The notes beneath the pieces are model-generated. The model saw only the letters and a list, made by a program, of their open reading frames with translations. It was not told the origin of the DNA and ran no database searches. The position numbers were made by a program, and so were the translations under genes. A stretch of 64,000 nucleotides of DNA, taken from contig NC_087245.1 of NCBI RefSeq assembly GCF_037042905.1, positions 3,908,001-3,972,000 on the forward strand, in the 5' to 3' direction. Of the stretch, positions 26,044 through 40,858 are shown piece after piece (the stretch's first letter is position 1; every line of letters begins with the position of its first letter). This DNA is from Lytechinus pictus (taxonomy: Eukaryota).

Positions 26044-28518
26044 TGTTTTTTTAAGATATGAACAATATTTCTTTTTAGTTAGGGTTACAAGGATTTTTAT
26101 CTTGTAGGATGAAATAATGGGTACCAGCTGAAAGATGATAATTTTCTTTTACAATGTTCAACTGAATTGATGATTAAATTCGAAATGTGATAATTGAGCT
26201 TTAAGTCATTGATCACTAACTGTGATGTGATAGAAGTGCATTCTATACAGCATGGCTTTTGAATAGATTAAAATGATCAACTAACGATTGCATGAGATTA
26301 TAATGGTTCCAGGTGCGTTCTTTAGAATGAATTGATAAGTATCGACGATGGTTGTTTGTAAACTGGCCAGGTACGCTCAGCTCAACAAGGCCATCCAGCA
26401 ATTAATCTAACGGTCGTGGAAAAGAGCTGACATTTACCGTTGTGGAGATAAAGGATTTATTGGGTGGAAGGAAATTGAATAAAAATCCAAAATGATAACG
26501 GCCATCGCTCAATTTAGGAGAGCTTTTTCGTTTGTTTGAGTATTAGGAAGAACTATGGGAGTTTATGAGGAGGGGGGGGGGGAGATAGGGAATGAAAGGT
26601 GACAAATGGTGCTATCAATAAATGGTTTGTATCTAGATAATGCATAAGAACATAGATTTTAAGCTGTTGAAAGACAGGACACAGATGAATGCAAAATAGA
26701 ATTGAAACATTTTGATGAAGGAAATCACAATAATGGACAATATTTGGCCTAATTGTAGTTGGAAGAGATAAGGTGATCTACTTACCTGGACAGTTTTCAT
26801 ACCTGTTTGAGTGTATTGTACTAGAAATATTTTACAAAGGCTAATGTCTAATCATTTTTATATTTACAGATTGTTTATACTGGTTTGCCTTCAACATTGT
26901 TGCAAAAGAAAGGAGGCCTCAAAGTGAATCTGGAACTATTAGCTCCTCCTGAGGATTTCAAGCAAATTTGCCCTTCGTGGTGATGCTAGATTTCACAGTA
27001 ACCCCCCCTTTTTCCCTTATATACCCATTTGGCAAATACACCTGCCAGTTGCTAGCCTACCCTTCAGATAGAAAGCTAGGTTTTTTTGAGAATCATGTAT
27101 TAGTCTAATATATGTGTTTTACAGATATTCACTTGAGGCTGTAAAACCAGGGTTTAGGTTGCACTTAATTAAATGTAGATTAAGAGGTTTCAAAGAAGAT
27201 AGAAAAAAAGCCATTGTGCTTGTGGAAAGCCTAATAGAAAAAAGAACATAATTCATTTCAATTGCTTTTCATACTGATGCTTTAAATGAAGATGCTATCT
27301 TGTTTTATAATGTGTCTGTCATAATTTTTTATATTTACATTGAGCAACCGATACCACATTCCCAAAGGAATACTTAGGAGTTAAATTTCTAAATATGATA
27401 AAATTCTCATTTTCCCTGCTGAGTGATGTTGGCCATTAGCTGGATGTGATTGAACGAGATTGATTTTACTCTGTTTGATGATAAAAAGAAGATGACTAAA
27501 AACTAGCCATAGATTCAGAAGTATGCATTTTCAAGAATGAAATAGTGAACTATATTATCTGACTTGTCTAGATTTTTAATGTACGATTATTGAAAACCTA
27601 GATATTTTGTAATTATTCAACAGCTATTATTATAGTTTTCAAGACCTATATGAAAGGATAATATCTTAGAGATTCCTGGACAAATTAATACTAGTGAAGC
27701 AAAATTTGTCTGATTGATTGATTGATCTGAAAGTCTTAAACTAATATTAGCCATCTTGTTTCTTCATAAACCCTTCTGCTTTATGAAAATGAATGCCATC
27801 AGCAATTTTAATTTTGCAAGAAGCTCCACCCCTATCCTTACACCATACTGTAGGCATACCTTATAGTGTAGCTCTATTTAGTATTTTAGGAATGCAACCT
27901 AATATCAAAGTTTTGTGACCTGTGGATCTTCCTAGAAGCTAAGCTGCAATTGATATCCTCTCTTCTTGTGGTTCCTTTTCGTGTAAGATTTATTAAATTC
28001 TGAAGTTTAACTCTATCCATTTTATCTTCATAGCTCATCTAAAACTGAAGGGGGAATACATCGCCCCCTCCAGCTATAGCCCTGCAATAGAGCGGGGGTC
28101 TTGCCTATCAATTATAAAGCCTGGCGGGCTCGAAATTACATCGAATCAAAATTTGTTGTGGTTATCGATGAAAGGAACACTGCAAATCAATTGATGCCTC
28201 AAGGGAAGAACCTGCTATTATTACTAAGATATATTGGTTTCTTTCTCTAGATCACATTTCAGGTTGTAATCACAGTTATGGATGTGGTGTACTTGTATTG
28301 AATTTGATAAATTGCGATGGAAAAGGATGTTTTGAAAATGAGAGAAAAAATTAGTGAAGATATATTATAAGTTTTTATTGTTCCGATTGTAAATTATCAT
28401 ATTTATAACAGAATACAAGACTGGATTTAGCATAGATTTTTTCATGCTTTTTATTCGTAAAACTCAATGCTTTCAAAAAATTTATAAGCCACAGTATATT
28501 GAATTTTTTTATTTTGTT

Positions 28519-28764
28519 AATAATAATAATATTCTGCTTGAATATAGCTCTGAATACATGAGCTTTGCAGATATATTATTGCCCTAGACATCGGATCCTG
28601 GCTTGCCTGCATACCATGTATGTACTTTCTCCACTCCCTGGGGAGCATTCCAACAAGAGTTCTGAAACTCAATTACTAGGCATACTACATAGGCTTTTGC
28701 ATTTACCGGGTACCCATTTAACACCTGGGTGGAGAGTGGCAATGTGTGGATTGATGCCTTTGCC
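28519..28764 (-). mobile_element. 5'-truncated SINE
   Basis: Core GGTACCCATTTAACACCTGGGTGGAGAGTGGCAA is nearly identical to the 25515 copy. It has a (TAA)n tail and lacks the tRNA head. Confidence 0.75.
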
Positions 28765-30746
28765 TTTGTATCTGATATAATAATCTTCAAAACACTTGCT
28801 GAGAAAATTCACACATATGAGAGTGTACATTGTATCAAAGATGTGAATGAGTACGTGTATTGAATATTGGAACAAGTGTGTCCGAGGAAAGGTAATGAAA
28901 TGTCAAAATAAATTACTTTGCTAATGAACAGAATCACTGAACGAAATATGACAAGTGCTTAGAGACTGGTATAAATGCAATCATGAAGAATTTATTTGAT
29001 ATCAGATTTTATTGTCATGCTGACGCAACAATATTTCCTCATACTTTCCGCTCGCAGCTCCAATAAACACAACCTTATAAAAGTGATAAAGAGGACGGTT
29101 TCCTTGTTGCTACGGGGTTACCATAAAGAGGATGCTCTCTCCGCTTGGATAAGGTCCTCTGATCTTGTTAGAGAATCATCTGATTAGTAAATTTTGCTCC
29201 TTTTCTTTGAGATCTTCCGCTACCAATATCCAATCTGTTAAATTCATCCCTGACCAAGGTGTAATGCCTCCTCGCTGTTGTCAAATTGAATTTACATCCC
29301 ATCCCAGGATTCCCAGCTATTTATGAGATTACATGTATCTCAAAGGTTTGTGTTTGGAAAAATGATGCAGAGATTTGAAGATAGTTTCTTATATCTTTGT
29401 AACAAACTACTGTCATAGGCTATTTAGAGAGTTTTTAAGGTTTTCAAAAGTTCATTTAGTTTAATTCAGAGAAAATGTTTTAATTAGTTGATGGAACCTT
29501 CATGGTATTATTCAATTTTCATAGGCATAATTACCATGATTTATATGTGTATGCATTTAAACATCCTCTTTAAAACTCACTGGAGAATGATGCAAATAAA
29601 TGTGATCACACAAGGGCAGATAATGTTCATTTGAGTATTGAAAATAAATTGTGAATGCTGAAAGCTGTCATTATACATGTATGACATTTATTAGGTCAAT
29701 GACTTTGATAATTTCCTTTCACCTTATATGGGTAGCAGGTATTCTTTTGGTTTAAATTATGTAAAATTCATAACCAACTCTTTAAATAATGAAAATGTCC
29801 AATCTGAAAGGAAAAAACCCTATTTGATCAGTTATATTGAAAGGAAAACACTATTGTATTGATAAATAGCAAAAGGTATTAAATTCTAAAATAGAACCAT
29901 TCAGAGAATGCTTATATTTTCTAAATGTAGAATCTTGCAGATATTTCCTTTGATTAAATATGAAGCAATGACCTCATGACCTTTATGATATTTGATCTTG
30001 GTGGACTCTCTTTCCCCAATGTCTTAAGTGTTTAAATTGATAGGCATTCAACATATTTGTTTCATTTTTTAAATATTTATTTGCAATGAGCCCATACGTC
30101 TTATATTAGAACAAAGACCAGTTTCTGATATAACCTAAAGACTTCAAATATCTGTTGAGATAAATACATCTGGAAAAATCTCAAAATAATGGCAGATGAT
30201 CTGTTATCACTTTGGGTTTCCTTTGATATGATGTTTTAATATACATTTAGGTGAAGGTTAATCTATTGAAGATTAATTAACTGTGAAATGAAATTATACA
30301 TTAATATCGCTGACATTTGAGTGATTATATAGATAAACAGGAAGGTACTCCAGGCTTCAGGCAATATTTCATGAGAGGAAATAACCTGGCAGTGAATATT
30401 TCAACATGCATATTGTCATTACAACATATAGACATACATGTATACTGTGAGTAGCCTGTAAAATTCTTACCCAAAGGCTTTAGGATTTTTTAAAACATGT
30501 ACATGCCTTACATTTACTGTATTCTAGACTAGTATTTAAAGAATTCATTTTTTAGTGTAAAAATTGATTTTATACCTTTTATATAATATTTTAAACCTAT
30601 ATTTTTCCATACAAGAGTGTAAATATGTTGAGAAGACAATTGAGGTGCAAAATAGCACAATATTAGGCTTGCACAATATATTCCACATCCTTAGGTGTTA
30701 ATAATCCTCTCTGCATGGGAGATGTTTTTGCCATTTGTTGGTTTAA

Positions 30747-31227
30747 AGAAGAAGGTCACCCTGAAGAAAAGTTTGTTGCAAAAATAGCAGATAAATAATG
30801 AAAAATATTGGTGAAGGTTTGAGGAAAGTCCATTAAAGAATTAGAAAATTATCAGAATTTTAAATTTTGGATTTGTGACGTCATAAACGAGCAGCTGCCC
30901 CATATGTTATGTAGTATAAAATGCATAAATTTTAATTTTGTAATGGTTCGTGATTTTCTTTAGGAAATGGTGTGAAATGATTTGTCTATTGATATTATGA
31001 AGGTACAGTAAACAACATTTCCAATTTTCAGAGAAAATGACATTTGATTGATTAATTACCATACGATATGTAGGAAAGCTGCGTTCATATGACGTCACAA
31101 ATCAAATAATCAAAATTCTAATAACTTTTTCATTCTTTGATGGATTTTTCTCAAACCTTTGGCAATATTCTTTATTATTTTTTCTGCTATTTTTACAATA
31201 AACTATTTGTCAGGATGAACTTCTCCT
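30747..31227. mobile_element. MITE, Kolobok-like (second family)
   Basis: TTAA|AGAAGAAGGTCACCCTGA ... TCAGGATGAACTTCTCCT|ATAA. Imperfect inverted arms of ~150 bp include TTTGTGACGTCATA / TATGACGTCACAAA. Confidence 0.8.
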
Positions 31228-31699
31228 ATAAACTTAAGATCTAATATTTCATTATATGGTTTCTTTAGAATAGTGGTTTGTGAAATTTCATTAGTGACCT
31301 AAGGTAGTTTTCTGGAAGCAAAATGCCATCTTCGGTGCTTGTAATGTTAGCCATTTGCAGTCAGTTAATGTCATGATGAATTGGAATTGGGACAATTTTA
31401 TATGGTTACCGTGCCTTTCCAAAGCCTTCTGGCAATGCTTGTAGTGATGAAATATATCAGTGTCATGCATGTTTTAAGGGTCATTATTTATGTTCTTGCC
31501 AATTAACATAGTTTTTTATTTTACTAATATATGAAAAAAATGCCCACAGTGTTATAGTGATAATAAAAAGTAAATTGTTCTATAATTGACTGTTTTGCTC
31601 ATTTGCTCTTTGAGAAATTGTGTATCTAGAGTAAACTAATTTGAAGAAACTTCTCATTTTTTTTCCTGTTACCATCAGAGCAATTGGTCAGAATCTTAA

Positions 31700-32565
31700 A
31701 GATCCAGACCGGACCCGAAAATGAAATTGATAAATTATATACCAATCGAAAGCTTATAAGCTACTAAATACACCAAGGTATGCTTTATGCATTTTCACCG
31801 CTTCCCAGCTGAGTATTTTGCTTAAGAATATTCCAATTATCGGGTTTCGAACCCCGCTTAGAAAATAGGCTTTATTGTGCTTTTCACCTGCCTCGAGACC
31901 GTGACGTCACGTTGTGTAAGAAGCGTTGTGATTCCATAGGTTTGTACACAAAAAAACTGGGTGATTTTTTTGCTTTCCAGATAACGCATTTCATTCTCTT
32001 CACTTCTATCACAGAGGGATATCACATATATTTTTACCCACAAGCTGGAATTTATGAAATCTGCAGTTTTGAACTAGTTTTTGCCATATTTTATTTTCTG
32101 CTTATTTGGCGCAGATTTCAATTCTATCTGCATTTAGATTATGTATAACAACTTTTCCTGACATAGCAATTTAGGCCCAATAAGAGCCAAACAAAGAAAT
32201 CACAAAAAAGGTAGTGAATAGTTGTAGGTTTACAACAATTTGAACAGTGAATAATTTTGAGTGCCATTTTCATCTGAAAACGAAAAAAAAAATGGATTCA
32301 TAACATGGAAATGGAAGAAAATACCCAATGCTTTTGTACACAAACCTATGGAATCACAACCCTCCTGACACAACGTGACGTCATCATTTCCAGGCGACGT
32401 GGGGGTGCTCAATCGAAGCGTACTTTGGAGGAGCAGTTTCTTTGATTTTTATTTAATATTTTTAACTATTGGAAGGAGATATATATAATATTTTTGGTAT
32501 ATTCGTATTGTATGAATCATTACCTTTATTTTGATATATGATTGTTTTTACACCGGTCAGGGTCT
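31700..32565. mobile_element. Non-autonomous DNA transposon with TTAA TSD, Kolobok-like (third family)
   Basis: TTAA|AGATCCAGACCGG ... CCGGTCAGGGTCT|TTAA, plus an internal ~65-bp inverted repeat (31901-31970 versus 32318-32383). Confidence 0.75.
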
Positions 32566-35500
32566 TTAACAGAATATCATGTGACTTCATCAGATGCTAT
32601 TCTTGCTATAGGCAACATATCTTGTCAAACAGCATAGACCTGTCATAATATGTGGGATAGTATGCTAAATGCGACTGAAGGATCTAGTCATTCTAAATAA
32701 ATGGGGTTGATTTACAAATCAAGACGGGTAAATTGGCAACTTTGAATCGGAAGGAGGATAAATAAATGCTTGATCATGTAACCTAGCGTCGTCGGTTTGT
32801 TTGATCTTCAGGTCCTCGGCAATAGATGGCTTGTGACTCAAGACTGATTCGTAAATTCATCTTGTTTACAACATTTTGTGTGTGACTAAAGTGCGGGAGT
32901 TATTGCATAGGTGGTATTGGACAGACTGAAGTTGAGCAGTCTTCCTGGAAGGTGTTTGGAAAGGGGTGGTAACATCCAAGAATATCTATAACAAGTTTTT
33001 TTTAATGAAAAATATAACTTGCAGTAAAAATTTTCTGTTGCAATCTTAAATTTTTCAATTGGTGCATTTAGGTAGCCAGTTTAATTAGCCCTTATTGAAT
33101 ACAATCTTTTATGGGTATATTCTTATCTAGAATACTAGTGATTTCAAGAGGGTAAGATTAGAATCCCCAATGGCAATGTAAGCTCACTGCATCAGTTTCA
33201 AATTGTGTATAAGATCTCAAGATTCCTTTGGTCGACCCCTCCATGAAACAGATGGAAGGAAGAAACCAATGGAAGGTTTTTCCGAACCACAAAGGTACTA
33301 GGGAACATTTTGTCAGGTTTTAAGCTTAAGAAAATGTGATACATTTGCAGCCAATCTGTGAAATAACATCAATTCTGTTGATAACTTCTGAGTCTCACAG
33401 AGAAATTTACTATTGTGGAAAAATTTGTTATTTTGTTATAGAAATATTAAGGAAACCAAGAAACAGTGACATGGAAAAGGAACAGTTGGCTTTGCCGGGG
33501 GGGGGGGGGGGGTGATATAATGGAGGTATTAAAAAGCAATGCCAACATAACAAATAGTTGTCAAAAGTTGCTCAATTAATATATGACTATCTATATCATC
33601 TATAAAAAAATACAAGTAAAACATAAAAGATGAAGCTAAAAAAGGAGGAAGGAACTTGACCCTAATAAAAGATGAATATAAACAAGGTCGGTGATATTCT
33701 ACTTTTTTATTAAAACATGTCTTGAGTTATGGCTGTAATCACAAACTAATAACCATAAACCTTCTTTTGTCAATCATGAATAAGATGAGCATGTGTAATT
33801 TTCTGCCATATATGTTAAATGACCTACTATCAGGGTTAGATGTGAAATTATTATTGTGTGCAGGTAGGCCTATAAAACAATCTTATCAATTTGTCTGTGG
33901 TATTGGATAATAGTTATTATTTAAAATGTGTAGTTTTTTACATGTACATAGTTAGTATAATTGTTTGCTTACAAGAAGTGCAGGGATATTGGTAGGAAAC
34001 ATTGATGAAAGTCCTCAAAATATATTCACTGTAAGGATTCCTAGATACTTGATGCATAATTCCTTTGCCTACATACAATAATGTCCATGTTGAGTGTACT
34101 TGGATCATAAAGACCTGGAATTATTTTTCCCCTTGTGAATTATGAAGTCAATTTCATTGTACATCCAGATGATAGACAGCTATAGCCATGGAGATTATGA
34201 GGTACAAATTACAACATTTGAGAAATATTGATGCAAATGAGTAGAATTGACAAAGTGTTATTGCAAATCTTTGAGTAGCATTTTAGACATCCTGTATATT
34301 TATTCTTCACCTTATATGCCATTCCTTGTTCATTACACCTCCTTAATTCCTGCTGTTTACATCGATTCCCCATCAAACTTCCAATATAATTAAATTGTCA
34401 ACCCTCCCAGGCCAGCCTTCGACTCCTCACGCACGATTTGCGACTTTGTTGCAAAATCCAGCGTAAACTTATTTTCATTATCGCTTTAGTGTTTGGTTTG
34501 CTTGTGTATCTCAAAACGTTATTACTCCTGATATTTCCTGCCTGGAGATATTATGCTTCTGTCACTCAAGAAGACACATCACAGCTTTTAAGCACAGAAC
34601 TAGCTTTCTGTCATTTAGTTTCAGAAATAGATTTTAGTTGCAAACATTTTAATCAATGATATTACCCGAAGATGTGTATTCAAGTTATCCATTACCATGG
34701 GAATGATCCTCCTGTTTCTAAGGTTCACCCATTTACAAACAGTTCTCTCATTGGAGGGTTTTATTGAAAGCATTCTATTCAAGTGGATACAAAATTAGAA
34801 TCTTAATTGCCTCTTATATTAAGGTATTTGTTTCTATAATAGTAAAGAAAAACACCAGTTACTGCATGACTTTCCAACTATAATGGGTATATTTAGTTTT
34901 ACTGTATTTTTTATGATGCAGTTCTTACCATAATTTAAACAGGTTTAATGTCACTTCAAAGCACAGTATGTTTATGACCAGAAGGTTACGTTGACATATT
35001 CTTCTGCACATTTAGAAAATTCCCACAGCTGAATGTGAACAGATTGGATTTTGTACATACCCTCCAGTATTTTCTATCATGACACATCACTTTATTTTTG
35101 TTGTTGCTTTTTTTTTATTGAATTTGGGTCAGCCTCTTTTTAAGGTTTCATCAAATGTGGAATGCAAGGTGTGGGACTGCTCTGGATGCCGGTCAGATTT
35201 ATGAAGAGAATTTGTCAGTCAGCAAGCTTTTCACACCTGCATTTTATCTCACACGAAGTGATAAGAGCCAAGAAGAAATTAAAGGAAAAATTTAAACTTG
35301 TCTCTAGATATATGAATTTATTTTAATTGAAGGTGTAAGAAATAAAGAAGTAAATTAATATTTTTTACATTAGACACAGATGGAGATTCATTTTCTTTGT
35401 GGTACATCTTATTATGTTGTTCTTATCTCAATCCATTCATCTTGATCCTATTTCAATCCTAAGTTACCTAACTTGTGAGCTTTTGAAGCTTCCTTTAAGA

Positions 35501-38500
35501 ACTGAAGACACTTTCCTATTATCCTGTGTATTGTTACATTCTAGTTCCATTAAGGGAGCTAAATATACTCATTAAATTTTCATCAAAATGCAAGTACCTA
35601 TTTGATAGAGACGCACTTAAAATTTGTAGTAAGGAAAAGAGGTAGATCAAAAACTCAATTGTTGGAAAGCACTTTACGTTTGAAAGCTGCATAATTCCAG
35701 GTGCTCGTTTTATGCTATAGTATAGACTTCTCTGTTCTTGTTTGATGTTTGGATGATAAAGAAAAACAGAAAAAGTATGAGAGTAAATTGAAGGGATTCA
35801 TAGTCAATTGGTTTGAATTGCAGAATACAGAGAGTAAATTTCAGCAAATTATCATTTGATATATAGGCTTTATTGAACTCCTTCATGATAATATATGCAA
35901 GATTAATTTCAGCTGGTGTACCATGAAACCCACTTCACTCTTCTCCTTTGCCATGGAAACCTTCAGAAGGTGCTTCTACATGTATATGCTTTTATATGTC
36001 TGCTTTAATCCTTTATTGTTCTTGGTGTAACATTGCTTCCATGCAGAAATGATTGAACATTGATGTTTTCATCACGCTATTTTGTAATTGGTATACTACT
36101 GCTTTCAAGTGTTATTTCAATTTTCAAACAATATGGATAAAGAATCACAGTGTGTATGTAAAACATCCACAGTCTATTATTAAAATAACCTGGGATTACA
36201 ATGATACTTATTTCAATCAGGAATATTAAAAAAAAAACATTACTGAACAATAATCAGTAGGATATGAGGGGCTCATAAGACAGGTTGGGCTTCTAATGGC
36301 CTAGCAAAGGAAAATCAATCACCCTGGGATTCCCATCTTGTTCATAGTGAGTAATAGTGAAAGATAAAAGTCTGCGACTGAACCAAGGAGAGGGGGGGGG
36401 GGCAAATGAAACCATTTGTAATCAACAGAGATGCTTTCACAGTTTACATGTAAGATGCCTGCTAAAAGACCAGGTCACAGGTGTTCTTCAAATCTTTATG
36501 TCCTTTTTCAGGAGTTCATTAATTGCTGCAACCTCAGTGTGCGAAGATAGTATGCCTGGTGTTAGCGAAGCCAGCTTATATCGGTCAAAGTATGAAAAAC
36601 AATAATATGAAGAGAGAGAGAGACAAAAACGTAGTTTGATACAGGCAGACATAGCTTGACAGACTAAACAGTAGAAAAAATATTGTAAGGAAAGTATACG
36701 AGACACAGGTAAAGACAGGTACCAGTAAAGCCTTAAAATTAAGTGGTCCCTTTCCGAAACTTGATTTGTTTTTTTTTCATTTTTGTTCTTAAAGCCTACT
36801 TTTTCCTGTTGTGACCCCCACCCAGTGCATGTCACTATTCTAATTTATTTCTTGATTATATGAATGCTTGTGCCTTAAAACATGAATTATGTGATGAATA
36901 CAAAGGAAATGTCTTTTATTTGAGAAATTTTCTGATTTAACATCAAAATTTATTTCAATTGGGTGCCCTATCAAAATAAAATATCTGCATATTTTGTCTT
37001 GTTTATATAAACCCTACTAAGCATGGGCTAAAGATTGTATGATATACTCTCTGTTAGTAGCTTTCTGATAGTCTGTATAGTAAGTACTCATGGGGCTCTT
37101 AAAATAAAAATGAGAAAACACAGAGAAACAAATTTAAACTGTAATGGCTGAAAAATGCCAAATGTATATTTCTATTTGTTGAAAAACACATTCACTTCAA
37201 TGTCTATTACATTTTTGTAATATTGGAATGTCAGATAATTGATACTCGAGTATAATTTGCATTACTGATCCATTTCCAAAGCTTTAGAAGGGTTTTAAGC
37301 CTTCCTGATGCAAGACATGGCACAGTGTATTTTAATTAATCCCCAAAGAGCTCAAAAATTATCATAAATGTAAGATATATTTAAGACATCTTTGAAGATT
37401 GTGTCTATCAGGGGTTTGATATCTCCTGTTGGTTTAAGTTGAATTGATAAGTTATTTCACTCAAGTGATAAGCACTTAAAGGAACTCTATGCAGTGTCAA
37501 CAAGAGAAGAAAAAAAAGCAGGAAACTTCTCTACATAGTGCTGTGTCAACAATATAAAATATCAATGGCACATTGCTAAAGGAAATGGTGCAAGCCATAC
37601 AAGCACAACAAATGCTCCCAGAAATTGAGACATTTTATTGAAGCTGGAAGCCATGCCTCCTTTTTCACAAGCAAATCTTACTACCAGTGTGTACTCATCG
37701 TGCAGTGTAGTTGGTTATGAGGAATCTGATATGACAAATCGAAGGCCGATATTGATTGCTATGGTGCATATATTCTCACATTCCATGGTTGTCATACTTG
37801 TAAGAGCAGGATAACTTTCACACTTTCGTCACTTGCCTTCTTTGGATTTTATAACCTGGAAACAAGGTTTCAAGTTCAAACCATCCTTGTGCTCAACCGA
37901 TTCCATGGTTGCTGTAAAAAAAATAGTGCCTTTCAAACGTAAACAATTCATGTGTGTAATCAATGGAAATAAATGAATTTGGATATTTGCTAATATAAAG
38001 TTTAAAATGTTATGAAAGAATACAAACTACATTGGAATGATAAAGTCTTTTGTTTGTTGAGGTGACAACTTGTGAGTTGTTGGAATATTTTTGTGAATTT
38101 TTTAGGGGATACTCCAAAATAAAAGAATCAACTGCTTGGTGGAAATATCTTTTCTTTTCTTTTCCTGTTATTTATCTCTTTAAGTTTTCACTTTCTATAA
38201 CTATTCATGTTAGAAAAAAAACGATTGCATGGTGATTAAAAAAAAAATCACTATTTCACATTATTTCACATTATTTTGTTCCCCAATCTCAGTAAGTAAT
38301 TTTAAGGGTCAGAATTATCATTTTTGAAACTATATCGATACAGAGATAAAGCTTGTCAGATTATTTTTTCCTATATAGTGACTATAGAAAAATAATTTTT
38401 TTAAACTGTTGATCTTCTTCTCTCTTAGCTGTATTATGGACATCACATGCTCTTGTTAATGTATGGTGATGAAATTAAACCATTTAAGACTATTTAAAAT

Positions 38501-39857
38501 TTCAACATTTTGCATTCCTCACCATCAAACTGCCATACCTCTAATCCCTCATTGAGCTGAAATGACATTCAGTGCTTTATTACATGTCATATATAGCTCA
38601 AATTGATGGTATTAAAAAGTAAATTGGGATTGTAATTAGATTGTATTTGACGTAAATTTGCCACACTACTTGTGGCAAATCTCTGTGCAAATGTCAGCTT
38701 AGAATTATTGTGCAGTCTACAGTGTTTAGTTGCTGGGGGATTTTAGAGAGCATTGAGGGGGAAACCAGGATGACGATGAAAAGCGCGCTCTTGTGATGCT
38801 GGAAAATAGGTTGTTCATACTTGAAGGCTGATTAATTCCCATCCTTGTAAATTAATCAGTGCAATTTTGTATCAGTGGCAAGGGAGGATCCAAAGTTCAT
38901 TCTCTCTCATCACAGGAGATAACACTTGTGTAATTCCCTATAAAGATCATGAAATATCATTTTCATGGTAATATGAAGTTTGAATTTGATATAAGCCTGA
39001 CAAATCTTTCAACAAGTTAAGCTGTTTATTATCATGTAATCTAAATCAGGTGATCTCTTAAATTTATTTTTAAAATTAATTATTGATGAATATATAATTG
39101 TCACTGGTAAACCTTCAGAAGTTTTTATTTTCATAATTGTTAATTTTAACGAGCATAGTTTTAATGGAATTCTCCCTGTTTGTGTGTTATAGATCTTTCT
39201 TTAAAATCCCTAATTCAATCACCTTGTTTCTTTTTTTTACTGTCATTGATTATTATTTTGATTTGTTTAAGTACATTCAACTTTTGAATTGAGAGTCATA
39301 CTGACTACTAGTAATGGAAAAAATCTTGCATCATTGAATCTTGTGTTCTTACAGACGTAATTCCCTTTTAATTTTCAACAAATGAAATGCATTGCTGTGC
39401 AGAACATCATTCATAATCATATATCTTTTTATTACCTCCAGAAAAAATAGTCTCTGAATAAAGTAAATTTCAAGATTAAATGTAATATTTCATTTTTTCA
39501 ACCAAGACTGTAAAATCAAAAGAATTAATCATTTACGACATGTAAAGGCTGCTTTATAAATTTTTGGATTATAAAAGGAACAAACTATTTTCTCTGGCCT
39601 GAAACTGAATGAGACTTGGAAATTATTTCTCTTTTTTAAATAGCTCCCTCTTGTTTCCAAGTTTGTAAGTCTTTAAAGTTGTCATCAGGACTTGGCTTAA
39701 GCTGTAATTCAGAGTATTACAATAGCTGTAATTACATTTGAAAGGAGAAATTAATAATATCAAATTGATATCATAATTAAAGTGTTTATTTTTATTTGCT
39801 GATTGGTCAATCCATAATGATGATTGTGTGCTTATATTTCTGCAAGTAAAAGTTGAA

Positions 39858-40008
39858 CTCTTTTGTTTATTTTCCTTTCTCTTTCTCTTGTGTAGGTAAG
39901 TTCTGATGTAGGCCTAATATGAAACCACTTTGCTGCATTGAGCCTCTTAAATGTTAAGAAAGGTAATCAGGTGACAGCTTTTACTTATTATATCCAAATA
40001 AGGTAAGT
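39858..40008 (+). other. Candidate recursive splice site (ratchet point) with cryptic RS-exon
   Basis: Pyrimidine tract CTCTTTTGTTTATTTTCCTTTCTCTTTCTCTTGTG, then TAG (39893-39895) directly abutting GTAAGT (39896-39901). Downstream donors are AAG|GTAATC (39963) and AAG|GTAAGT (40003). Confidence 0.65.
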
Positions 40009-40858
40009 GGGAATATTAATTTAGAGAATGGTGACAACAAGGTATTAGAATCACATGTAAATGTATGATACTTTGTTCTTGACGGGCAATCACCAGTTTA
40101 CTATATACCCCCTTCAAATTATTGCCCCTTGCCTAGATAGTCTCAGAGTTAAGTTAATATTGATGTTGCTGACACTATCTATTCATGCTCTGTTGAAAAT
40201 CATATACTCCCTAAGGATAGAATAACCAGGCCATGTCAAGGGGTTGTGTCTGATAGGTCTAAGGTTTGAGGCCACCACACCTGCACCTCATTTGTACAGC
40301 TTTGTCACAATTCCTGGCTATTCTCATCTCTTGTCTCACTCCCTCTTTATTTTTTTAGAAAACTTTTTATGCTGAACCCTTGCTACTTGGAAATATGAAA
40401 TCAATTAGAATATATCATTGCTCGTTGCACAGTTAGTCATGTCACAGAGAAAAGAATTAGTTTTGTTAAAACAAGCTTGATCAGTCATCTGCAAGTGATT
40501 TCAAATTCTAGATCAAACATTTTGCCCCTTTTCATCAAAAACTTCTCATTAACATATAGTGTATGATATTGTCCCAATGTTAAATCTTTCAAAAATGATG
40601 GAAAGTACTTCATGTTTTGTCAACTATATTATGAAGTCTTATGCTGTAAATTGCATAGATTCAAATAAATCCAGATCAACTCTAGCATGTGATAAATAAA
40701 ATTCTGGATTTGATTTAATCTGAAAGATTGTTTTTTTTTTCAATCTTGAAGGATTCACAATCAAATCTGTTTGGTTTTAAATAAATCTTTAAGATTCAAA
40801 TCAAAATCTCATATCTGATTTAGGCCTATCCCTTACTACAGTCATTGTGTATAATTTA

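Noticed and set aside
25916..26107. Met-rich ORF
   Set aside because: It is the translation of a (GAT)n microsatellite.
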